A stretch of 64,000 bases of DNA from Anthoceros angustus (Eukaryota; Plantae; Anthocerotophyta), in contig MU008202.1 in assembly GCA_010909165.1 (NCBI GenBank), positions 310,001-374,000 on the forward strand, read 5' to 3'. The translations under genes and the position numbers were made by a program. Of this stretch, positions 12,449 through 23,357 are shown one piece after another; position 1 is the stretch's first letter, and each line of letters begins with the position of its first letter. Under the pieces are notes generated by a model. That model was not told where the DNA came from. It did not search any database and saw only the letters and a list, made by a program, of their open reading frames with translations.

Positions 12449-13838
12449 ATGAGGTTTATGTGGGTCCTTTTGCAGAGATGTGTCAAGCGGGCAGCCCTGG
12501 CAATGGGCAAGCAGCGTGCATGTGATGTTGACTCTGGCTGCTATGCCAACATGTCCGTGAGCTTTCGGTCCATGTCTGATGCAGTTCAGGGGAAAGGTAG
12601 ATTACGTCAAGGAAACGTTCAGTCATGGTCCACGTTGATATCAAGGTACGTCAAGGACGGGAAGCTGCGGGAGAGCATCACAAGTTACAAGCAGATGGTG
12701 GACCAGGGTGAGAAGCCAGACAAATACACTTTTCTGAGCTTACTCAAAGCCTGTGGCAGCTTGGCAGACCTGAGACTTGCAAGATGGATGCACAAAGAAG
12801 TTGCGAAGTACAAATGGGATTCAGATTTGTTTGTGGGGAATTCCGTGGTTGCGATGTATGCAAAATGTGGGAGTATGGCTGATGCTCACCATGTGTTTGA
12901 TACGTTGTGTCACCGCAATGTGGTGTCGTGGAATGCTCTGATTGCAGGTTACGCTAATCAGGAAGAAGGGAAGAAGGCGCTGGAGCTCTACTCCCATATG
13001 CAACAGGAAGGGGTGAGAGCAAGCATTCGGACGTTTGTCTCAGTGCTGCAAGCTTGTGGCAGCTTAGCAGCTACACAGCATGGCATTGGGGGGGATGTGA
13101 ATGTGGTGAAAGGAGAGTGCTTAAAACTGGGGACAGAAATTCATAATGAAGTTGTAAGGAGGCATCTACCGGTCGATAATTATGTGGGCAATACTCTCGT
13201 CTACATGTATGCCAACTGTGGAAATCTGGTGGAAGCGGTGACTGTTTTTGAGACCTTGTCTCATCGTGATGCAGTGTCATGGACAATATTGATGGCGATG
13301 TATGCTCAGCAAGGTCAAGGCGAGAAGGCTCTGCAGTTGTATGCCCGAATGCAAGATGAAGGTGTGAGACCACAATCTCGTACTTTTGTTAGTGCGTTGA
13401 AAGCTTGTAGTAACCTTGCGGCTTCTGAAGAGGCTATGAAGGTGAATGGAAAACTTGTAAAAGCGCAGTGCCTAAAAAAGGGGAAGAGCATCCATGCCGA
13501 TTTCCTTCGGACTGGCTCTGAAATAGATATCTATGTTGGCACCACTCTAGTCGACATGTATGCAATGTGTGGGAGCATGGTGGATGCACAAAAGGTTTTT
13601 GATTCCATGCCTCGACATGACGTGTTGTCATGGACTGCACTGATTCGTGGATATGCTCAGCAACAGCAGGGAGGAGTCATTGCTGTGCAACTATTTGCCG
13701 ACATGGTCAAAGAAGGTGTGAAACCCAATGCCCGGACATTTCTTTGTGTGCTCAAAGCCTTGGGAAGCATGGCATCCATGGGCACGGCTTCTCAGCTAAC
13801 AGGACAGTCCTGAAAATTAGAGTGTCTGCAGGAAGGCA
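12449..13838 (+). pseudogene. N-terminal part of the PLS-class PPR protein
   Basis: The 461-aa ORF carries P-L-S triplets (VVSWNALIAGY, TFVSVLQACG, MYAKCGS). TGA at 13811 corresponds to CGA in two other copies. The true start is uncertain and an upstream exon is possible. Confidence 0.85.
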
Positions 13839-15144
13839 CTAATATTGGGATATGCGCAGCAAATGGATGGCTCTAGGGGCTTGGAACTGTATGCAGAGAT
13901 GCAGGCAGAGGGTGTGAGACCAGACGGCTGGACGTTTGTGAGTGTGCTCAAAGCATGTGGTAGCCTTTCAGACATGGAGACAGCCACGGGCAGAAAGTTG
14001 TTGAAATCAAAGTCTTTGCAGAAAGTTTGAAACTCGAGTGCCTGCGAAAGGGAAGAGCATCCATGCCGATTTCCTTCGGACTGGCTCTGAAATAGATATC
14101 TATGTTGGCACCACTCTAGTCGACATGTATGCAATGTGTGGGAGCATGGTGGATGCACAAAGGTTTTTGATTCCATGCCTCGACATGACGTGTTGTCATG
14201 GACTGCACTGATTCGTGGATATGCTCAGCAACAGCAGGGAGGAGTCATTGCTGTGCAACTATTTGCCGACATGGTCAAAGAAGGTGTGAAACCCAATGCC
14301 CGGACATTTCTTTGTGTGCTCAAAGCCTTGGGAAGCATGGCATCCATGGCACGGCTTCTCAGCTAACAGGACAGTCCCGAAAATTAGAGTGTCTGCAGGA
14401 AGGCAGGCAAATCCATGCCAAACTAGTGGAGGCGGGGCTTGGAGTCGATGTTTTTCTGTGCAACACTCTTATTGACATGTATGCTAACTGTGGCAGCATG
14501 GAGGAGGCTAAACACGTCTTTGATGCCATGCCCAAACATGATGTTGTGTCATGGACAACAATGATTGGAGGCTATGCCCAGCAGGGACAAGGCGAGACGG
14601 CCCTGCGGTTCTTTGCCAAAATGGGGAGGAAGGCCGCAACCACTTCCAGTCCATGACGCAGGATCACGGCATTACTCCAACCATCGAGCACTACGGCAGC
14701 ATGGTCGACCTCTTTGCCCGCGCCGGGCTCTTCGATGACGCCGAAGCCCTGCTCTCCACCATGCCCTTACAGCCCGACCTCCCGATGTGGTCATCCCTCC
14801 TCGCCGCTTGTCGCATGTTCGGCAACATCCCTCTCGCCCGACGCGCATTCCAACGTGCGGTTAGCCTTGCTCCCTCCTCCAGCTCCCCGTATATCCTAAT
14901 GTCCCAGATTTACGCCCAGGCCGACATGCGGGAAGAAGCCGACAAGGTGGAACGCCTCAGGCAGCGCGCCGGCGCCTGGAAGGAGCCCGGGACGAGCTGG
15001 TTGGAGAACGCCGGTTCTATGCATGTGTTTGTCGTCGACGATCGCCGGCATCCCGATTCCGGCGACCTGCGCGCCGTGCTATGCAGACTTACAAAGGAAA
15101 CGTCACGCATAGCTCTGAAAGCCGCCGCACGAAACGTTTCGTGA
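13839..15144 (+). pseudogene. Shuffled PPR fragments ending in intact E1-E2-E+ domains
   Basis: Internal repeats are joined to L2-S2-E1-E2 and a PG box (EPGTSWLENAGSMHVFVVDDRRHP), with a stop at 15142-15144. Confidence 0.8.
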
Positions 15145-15659
15145 AGTTCTGACGATTGAAAACGTGGATGAGTGATAAAGCGCCTGTAGTATTTCCGCTC
15201 GAAAGGATTGTTCCGGTTTTTTTTCGGGTTTCACGACTGGCTGCGGTTTGTATAATATCTCCCTGCCGTGCACACTGTACGTCCCTGGCACGACAACTAG
15301 AAATCGGAAGGATGGAAGCCTGAAAAGGATAATGCGGCGATGGTAGGCTGCGAGCCGCCTTGCTGGCGTGGTGCATTTTTGCCACCCAAAGAAGGCTCAT
15401 CCACTTCAGGCGGCGGGTGAATCGTGACGTGGTGCGTAAATATCTCATCCTGTGGGATGTTATTTGTTTATATTGTGCCAGATTCCGAGCCCGCCCTGCA
15501 AGGTCGGCCACATTTTCAATGATTGACTGGTCTCGGATGTTCTATGTAGCAAAGGTGGAGGAGGAGGACGAGGAGATGGATGGGCCCCATGGCCGATAGT
15601 AACGAGCTCACGATCGGGCTTACCAGAGGCTGCCCACAACCTGCGCCTTCTCCTGTAGC

Positions 15660-16329
15660 ACGCTCTGCCATATCGAGATGTGGTTTCATGGACAACAATG
15701 ATTGGAGGCTATGCCCAGCAGGGACAAGGCGAGACGGCCCTGCGGTTCTTTGCCAAAATGGGGGAGGAAGGTGTACAACCAAATAGTCGTACTTTTGTCA
15801 GCCTGCTCAAAGCATGTGGGAGCCTGGCAGACTTTGAGCAAGCCGCCCTTGTAGATGGCCTGTTTGTGAAGCTGGGCTCCCTGCGAATGTTGAAGGCGAT
15901 TCATGAGCAAGTCATAACAAGCGGCTTTGAATCTGACATCTTTGTTGGTACTAGTCTTGTTGGCATGTATGTGAACTGTGGATCCATGGTGGATGCAGTT
16001 CGCATGTTCGGCAACATCCCTCTCGCCCGACGCGCATTCCAACGTGCGGTTAGCCTTGCTCCCTCCTCCAGCTCCCCGTATATCCTAATGTCCCAGATTT
16101 ACGCCCAGGCCGACATGCGGGAAGAAGCCGACAAGGTGGAACGCCTCAGGCAGCGCGCCGGCGCCTGGAAGGAGCCAGGACGAGCTGGTTGGAGAACGCC
16201 GGTTCTATGCATGTGTTTGTCGTCGACGATCGCCGGCATCCCGATTCCGGCGACCTGCGCGTGCTATGCAGACTTACAAAGGAAACGTCACGCATAGCTC
16301 TGAAAGCCGCCGCACGAAACGTTTCGTGA
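15660..16329 (+). pseudogene. PPR fragment (one P-L-S triplet, partly unique in the window) fused in frame to E1-E2-E+
   Basis: ORF 15680..16297 reads ...GSMVDAV-RMFGNIPLARR. Positions 15772-15999 occur only here. Confidence 0.8.
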
Positions 16330-16845
16330 AGTTCTGACGATTGAAAACGTGGATGAGTGATAAAGCGCCTGTAGTATTTCCGCTCGAAAGGATTGTTCCG
16401 GTTTTTTCGGGTTTCACGACTGGCTGCGGTTTGTATAATATCTCCTGCCGTGCACACTGTACGTCCCTGGCACGACAACTAGAAATCGGAAGGATGGAAG
16501 CCTGAAAAGGATAATGCGGCGATGGTAGGCTGCGAGCCGCCTTGCTGGCGGCGTGGTGCATTTTGCCACCCAAAGAAGGCTCATCCACTTCAGGCGGCGG
16601 GTGAATCGTGACGTGCGTAAATATCTCATCCTGTGGGATGTTATTTGTTTATATTGTGCCAGATTCCGAGCCCGCCCTGCAAGGTCGGCCACATTTTCAA
16701 TGATTGACTGGTCTCGGATGTTCTATGTAGCAAAGGTGGAGGAGGAGGACGAGGAGATGGATGGGCCCCATGGCCGATAGTAACGAGCTCACGATCGGGC
16801 TTACCAGAGGCTGCCCACAACCTGGCCTGCGCCTTCTCCTGTAGC

Positions 16846-18889
16846 ACGCTCTGCCATATCGAGATGTGGTTTCATGGACAGCAATGATTTCTGGGTATGG
16901 GCAGCAGGGACAAGCTGAGACGGCCTTGAAACTCTTTTCTCGCATGAAGGAGTCAGGAGTGACACCAGACAGATGGACTTTCATGACCGTGCTAAAAGTG
17001 TGTGGAAGTGAGGCAACGAAGGAGCAAGCTATGGCTGTGGATGGGCAATCAGTCAAAGTGGTGTGCCTGAGCAAGGGCAAGATGATTCACGCTGAAGTCC
17101 TGAAGAGAAGTCACGGATTGGATACGTTGGTTGGCAGCGCTCTTGTTACGATGTATGTCAATTGTGGGAGCATGTCAGATGCTCGGCTTGTGTTTGAATC
17201 TTTGCCTGAACATAATGTGGTTTCATGGAATGCGATGTTAGCTGGATATGCTCAACAAGAGCAGGGTCTTAATACTCTGACCCTATTCAACCAGATGCTA
17301 GAGGCCGATGTCAGGCCTGATAAGTGGAGCTTCGTCAGTACTTTAAGCGCATGTAGCAGCCTGGCTGCCACGGAACAAGCTACTATTGTCAAGGGGAAAA
17401 GTTTGAAACTCGAGTGCCTGCGAAAGGGAAGGTGGGTTCACTCTGAAGCTGTCAACAGGGGCTTCGAGAGGGATATGTTTGTGGGCACAGCTCTGATTGA
17501 CATGTACGCAAAATGTGGGAGCATGAGAGATGCGCAGCATGTGTTTGACGGATTGCCGCACCGTGATGTGGTCTCCTGGAATGCACTAATATTGGGATAT
17601 GCGCAGCAAATGGATGGCTCTAGGGGCTTGGAACTGTATGCAGAGATGCAGGCAGAGGGTGTGAGACCAGACGGCTGGACGTTTGTGAGTGTGCTCAAAG
17701 CATGTGGTAGCCTTTCAGACATGGAGACAGCCACGGGCAGAAAGTTGTTGAAATCAAAGTCTTTGCAGAAAGTGAAGGAGATACATGCTGAGGCCGTCAG
17801 AAGAGGACTTGGAAGTGACATCCATGTGGCCAACACTCTGATCGACACATACGCTTGTTGCGGAGAAATGGCAGATGCGGAGCATGTCTTCGGGTCACTG
17901 GCCCGACGTGACGTGGTCTCATGGAATGCAATGATGACAGGATACGCACAATGTGAAGAAGGTGCAAAGTCGATGCAGATATATTTTCAGATGAAGAAGG
18001 AAGGCTTGAAACCAAACGAGGCGACCTTTCTGTGCGCTCTGAAGGCCTGCAGCTTGACGGGAACCCTGGAAAGCTGCTCACAGATCCATCAAGACATCAC
18101 AGAATCGGGACTCCATTGGAGCAGTGATTTGGCCACCACCCTTGTCCACGCCTATGGGAAGTGCGGGGACATGGCACGTGCTCGCACAGTGTTCAACACC
18201 GCTGCGGATCAGAATGTTGCTCTATGGAACGCCCTGATAACAGGATACGCCGCGCAAGGAGAGTGCCAACAGTGCTTCCAATCCCTGCATGACATGAGGC
18301 AGGCGGGACTGCATCCAAACGGAGCCACGTTCGCTCCCATCCTTGCTGCATGCAGCCACGCAGGCCTGGTGGAGGAAGGCCGCAACCACTTCCAGTCCAT
18401 GACGCAGGATCACGGCATTACTCCAACCATCGAGCACTACGGCAGCATGGTCGACCTCTTTGCCCGCGCCGGGCTCTTCGATGACGCCGAAGCCCTGCTC
18501 TCCACCATGCCCTTACAGCCCGACCTCCCGATGTGGTCATCCCTCCTCGCCGCTTGTCGCATGTTCGGCAACATCCCTCTCGCCCGACGCGCATTCCAAC
18601 GTGCGGTTAGCCTTGCTCCCTCCTCCAGCTCCCCGTATATCCTAATGTCCCAGATTTACGCCCAGGCCGACATGCGGGAAGAAGCCGACAAGGTGGAACG
18701 CCTCAGGCAGCGCGCCGGCGCCTGGAAGGAGCCAGGACGAGCTGGTTGGAGAACGCCGGTTCTATGCATGTGTTTGTCGTCGACGATCGCCGGCATCCCG
18801 ATTCCGGCGACCTGCGCGCGCCGCTATGCAGACTTACAAAGGAAACGTCACGCATAGCTCTGAAAGCCGCCGCACGAAACGTTTCGTGA
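16846..18889 (+). CDS. C-terminal half of a PLS-E+ PPR RNA-editing factor, lacking its N-terminus in cis
   Basis: The 663-aa ORF has 4 PLS triplets, P2-L2-S2 (ACSHAGLVEEG, EHYGSMVDLFARAG), E1 and E2. The PG box carries a 1-nt frameshift relative to the 14990 copy. No DYW domain follows. Confidence 0.8.
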
Positions 18890-19956
18890 AGTTCTGACGA
18901 TTGAAAACGTGGATGAGTGATAAAGCGCCTGTAGTATTTCCGCTCGAAAGGATTGTTCCGGTTTTTTTTCGGGTTTCACGACTGGCTGCGGTTTGTATAA
19001 TATCTCCCTGCCGTGCACACTGTACGTCCCTGGCACGACAACTAGAAATCGGAAGGATGGAAGCCTGAAAAGGATAATGCGGCGATGGTAGGCTGCGAGC
19101 CGCCTTGCTGGCGGCGTGGTGCATTTTTTGCCACCCAAAGAAGGCTCATCCACTTCAGGCGGCGGGTGAATCGTGACGTGGTGCGTAAATATCTCATCCT
19201 GTGGGATGTTATTTGTTTTATATTGTGCCAGATTCCGAGCCCGCCCTGCAAGGTCGGCCACATTTTCAATGATTGACTGGTCTCGGATGTTCTATGTAGC
19301 AAAGGTGGAGGAGGAGGACGAGGAGATGGATGGGCCCCATGGCCGATAGTAACGAGCTCACGATCGGGCTTACCAGAGGCTGCCCACAACCTGGCCTGCG
19401 CCTTCTCCTGTAGCACGCTCTGCCCTGCTGCCGTTAAACTCGCACCTCCGGGGCTGGGGAGTCGCCTGCAGCTGCCGCCGTCCAGTCCAGCAGCTGCCGC
19501 CATCCCACCCAGCAGCAGCTGCCGCAGCCGAGCCATGGCGCTCAGGCAATGCTGCAGTGGGTGCAGCACTTCGCTCTTTAGTAAGCGCAGCTTGGCAGGA
19601 GGCACGGGCGGCCGGGGCAGGTAATGCTATACAATGTGGTGGGTTGTGGTGCGTATGCGTGCTTGTTGTTTCTGTTTCGGTGTTGGGTGTTGTTGTAGCG
19701 GTGGATTTAGGAATGGGTGGTGCGGGAGGTGTGCATTTGGGTCGGGAGCTGATCCTGGTGGGACGGTGGGTGTTTAGATTTGGGAGCTTATCGGATGGCC
19801 GGACCCAGTCCTGGGTGAACGTCGAGTGAGCGAGTGTTGTGGGAGTGTGAGTGGGTGTACATTTCATGAAAACCAAAAAAAAGGAGTCCTTGGATGGATG
19901 CGGAATTTCCTTCCAGTAGGTGAAGCATTGGGAGATTGTGGTGAGGAAGGGAGGTG

Positions 19957-22900
19957 ATGGCAAGCGGGGCGTCGTTTTTGGGGGAGGCTTCGTTTCCGAC
20001 TGCTTCTGTTACAGGGGGGGCCACTGTTCATGGACCCTTGCCTACTCGGTCGGGGAGTAGCAGGGGGCGGCGGGGGGGAAGGATTCACTCCGGGCCTCGT
20101 GCTGCGCACGAAACGCAGGAGCAGGCGTGGGGCACAGCTGTGCAGAGGGTTGCGCTCCCGGGGTCTGGAAGGGGAGGTGCATGCGTGGGAGGAGGGGTGT
20201 ATGTGAGGCCGGGGCCGGGGGCTGGAGTGGCCACCGCTCTGCACCAGAACGAGCATTTGCAAGGAGGGCTCAGTGCTGAGTTTTGTGGGCGGAGGTCGAC
20301 CAGGCTTGTGTCCAAGTTTCACCATGGCCGCCAAAAGCTGTATCTGGGGAAGCATTCGACCGAAGCTGATGCGGCTTTGCAGGAGGTTTTCAGCCTGCCG
20401 TCTTCAGCTGGGACAGGGCCCTTGCTTAACAGGTGGTCTCACAAGCTTGTTGGGCTGGAGGACTTTCCTTACATGTTGCGGGAGCTTGGGAATAAAGGGG
20501 AGTGGGAGAAGGCGCTCAAGAGTTTCGACTGGATGGTGTCGCAGCAGAGTATCAGGGGTGAGTGGAGTAAGTTGGCTAGCATTATGATCTCCACTCTTGG
20601 GAGGTTGGGGAAGGTGGATCTGGCTCAGAAGGTGTTTGATAAGGCTGTGGCAGCGGGATTCGGGAAGAATGTGTATGCCTTTTCTGCGCTTGTGAGTGCG
20701 TACGGTCGGAGTGGGAGGTGTAGGGAAGCTTTGGATGTGTTTCAGGCCATGAAGAAGGCTGGGTGTCCTCCAAATTTGATCACCTATAACTCAATTATTG
20801 ATGCCTGTGGGAAGGGTGGTGTGGATCTGAACAAGGCCCTTGAGATCTTTGATGAGATGCAGAGGGAGGGTGTTGAACCTGATCGCATCACCTTCAATTC
20901 TTTGATTGCTGTTTGCAGCCGAGGCAGTCTCTGGGAGGAGTCGCAAAGAGTCTTCGCCGAGATGCAACGACGAGGGATTGAACAAGACATTTTCACTTAC
21001 AATACGTTGGTAGATGCTGTTTGCAAGGGTGGCCAGATGGACATCGCAGCCTCCATAGTAGCAACCATGCGGCAGAAGGGTATTATGCCGAATGTCGTTA
21101 CCTACAGTACTATGATAGATGGGTATGGGAAAATTGGGTGTTTTGACGAGGCTATAAGGGTGTATCATGAGATGAAAGATGCTGGGATACGCCCTGATCG
21201 TGTTTCATACAATACTCTGCTTGACATCTACGCCAAGTTGGGCATGTTTGAGGAAGCTCTCACTATTTGCAAAGAGATGGAGAGAGCAGGCTGGAAAACT
21301 GACGTTGTAACTTATAATGCCCTCATTGATGCGTACGGGAAGCAGGGCAAGTATAGGGAGGCAGCCAGTCTCTTTAGCAGAATGAAGGACGAAGGCCTCG
21401 TCCCGAATGTGCTGACATATTCAGCTTTGATTTATGCATTCTCTAAAGGAGGCCTTCACCAAGAGGCCAGGCAGGTGTTCGAAGAATTCAGAGATGCAGG
21501 GTTGAAGCCAGATGTTGTACTCTATAGTGCCTTGATAGACGCTTTCTGTAAAAGCGGGTTAGTGGAGGAAGCAGTGCAGTTGCTTGAGGAGATGATGGCC
21601 GAGGGTATACAGCCCAATATTGTGACGTACAATTCCTTGATCGATGCGTATGGGCGAAGGGGCCAGGTAAGTGATTGCTTTGAGCATATTGGCTGACGTG
21701 GAATTAGGATGTGGTACAAGTGAGCCTCCTGCTCGTCATTTTAGCACTTCCCTGAAGTTCCAGTTAGCAGTCACTAGCTTTGTCAGAGATTCACGAAATA
21801 CCAGACAAGCATTCCTGTGACCAATGAGTCCATGCCTTTGGGACGTGCAGGTTGATTATGCATTGAGCACAATGGAGAGGATGAAAGGTGTTGGCATTGT
21901 TCCAGATTGTCGGACGTACAATTCAGTCATTTACGCATTTGGCAATGAATGTCGTGGTGAGCAACCTCTTCAAACACCCGAGCAGGTGCGGGCTAGGAGT
22001 ATAGAATTTGATATCCCACCGGTTCCAAGACCATTGGATGCACAAGGTGGCCAAGGGGATATCCTGGCAGCTGTTCGAGTTTTCCATGAGATGCAAGAGC
22101 TGGGCGTGAAGCCAAATGTAGTGACTTTTTCAGCTATTCTCAATGCGTGCAGGTGAGTTCACACTATCCTTTTGTTATGTGTTGGGTGCAACACGTTAGC
22201 TGCAAAGTCATCTGACCTGTGACAAATCGCTTCTCCACTCCCTGTCTCTGCAGCCGGTGTGCATCATTTGAGGAGGCATCCCTCTTGCTTGAAGAAATGC
22301 GCCTCTTTGACAGCCGTGTCTATGGAGTAGCCCATGGCTTGTTGATGGGAATGCGGGAGCAGGTTTGGCAAGAGGCTGAGGCCTTGTTTGATCAGATGTT
22401 CTTCATGGATCTCGCTACTGCCGGGGCGTTCTACAACGCCCTAACAGATGTGCTGTGGCATTTTGGTCAGGTATGTGGCTCGGTCTTTGCAACTTTGTAT
22501 ATTTCGTTACTGCAACTGACCTTTCTTCTAGAGATCCTTATGTTCCCCTGTGTCATGCAGAGAGAGGGAGCCCAAAAAGTAGTGGTAGCAGCTAAACGAC
22601 GTCAAGTGTGGGCCAATGCATGGTGGAGGTCCGAGCAGCAATTTTGTCTAGATTTGCATCTGATGTCTGTGGGAGCAGCTCAAGCCATGCTCCATGTTTG
22701 GCTCCTGCACATCCGAGGTCTGTTGTATGAGGGGCATGAGCTACCGAGACTGTTGAGGTACGTGTTGACACCTCTTAATTGTTCGGCTTGTCGAAGTTGA
22801 TTTCCAACCGACATGGTGGTAGATTGACGTTCATGACATCTGGCATGGCAGCATTCTGACAGGGTGGGGTAAGCACAGCAAAGTAGCGGGTGACAGCTCG

Positions 22901-23119
22901 GTGAAGCGAGCTGTTGAGGCTCATCTGGTAGACATCGGAGCGCCATTCCATGTCGCCAGACACAACGAAGGCAGACTAGTATCCGCAGGCCATGTAGTGG
23001 GAGCCTGGCTTCGCGAAGGTCGGACTGATCAATTTTTGCGCCTGCGAGACCAGGTCTGCAGAGTCAACAATAGGAGGGATTCCATGACCGATCCTCGGCT
23101 ACTATTGGCTACCGGGTGA
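19957..23119 (+). CDS. GUN1: GENOMES UNCOUPLED 1-like P-class PPR-SMR protein; exons 19957-21666, 21851-22152, 22254-22470, 22561-22757, 22852-23119
   Basis: Recognisable motifs: [82 protein letters not shown] and [12 protein letters not shown] (SMR domain). Splice sites are canonical. Confidence 0.93.
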
Positions 23120-23357
23120 ACGACGAGGCGACGACGAGTCAGCACGCCTTTCTCTAATCTTCCCCCTCGAAGCTGTGTATATATATATAATATCTCACCT
23201 TTAAATTTTGTATGTGACACCTGGGAAGCTGTGTGCCACAAATTCTACTTATTTTCTGCTCCGGGTACCTCTACTCTTCATGTGTACATGTGGATGGGTA
23301 AATTTTGCAGTCTCTACCAGGTGTACATTCGGTGAGAACTAATCTTCTTGACTGAGG

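Larger units (their letters stand above)
9031..16855 (+). repeat. Complex local duplication patchwork (13 templated segments, 14 junctions)
   Basis: Segments are near-identical direct copies of sequence within 6867-19424. Junction microhomologies were read directly and are listed under findings. Confidence 0.9.

Noticed and set aside
13811-13813. TGA stop rescued by U-to-C editing
   Set aside because: This is a nuclear gene, and two other copies have CGA. A point mutation or base-call error is simpler.
9031-16855. Programmed, ciliate-style gene scrambling with pointer sequences
   Set aside because: Segments are redundant, overlap, and include GSH2 introns and intergenic DNA. The microhomologies join wrong partners rather than consecutive pieces, so they cannot guide unscrambling.
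9031-16855. Ordinary tandem PPR gene cluster or retrocopies
   Set aside because: All pieces are near-identical to one gene and carry intronic and intergenic DNA, with no poly(A) or TSD.
18890-19420. DYW deaminase domain downstream of E+
   Set aside because: I saw no HxE or CxxC deaminase motifs in a consistent frame after the stop.
23331-23347. 16/17 match GGTGAGAACTAA.CTTC to 43109-43125
   Set aside because: An isolated short match with no flanking similarity, so it cannot support a shared element.
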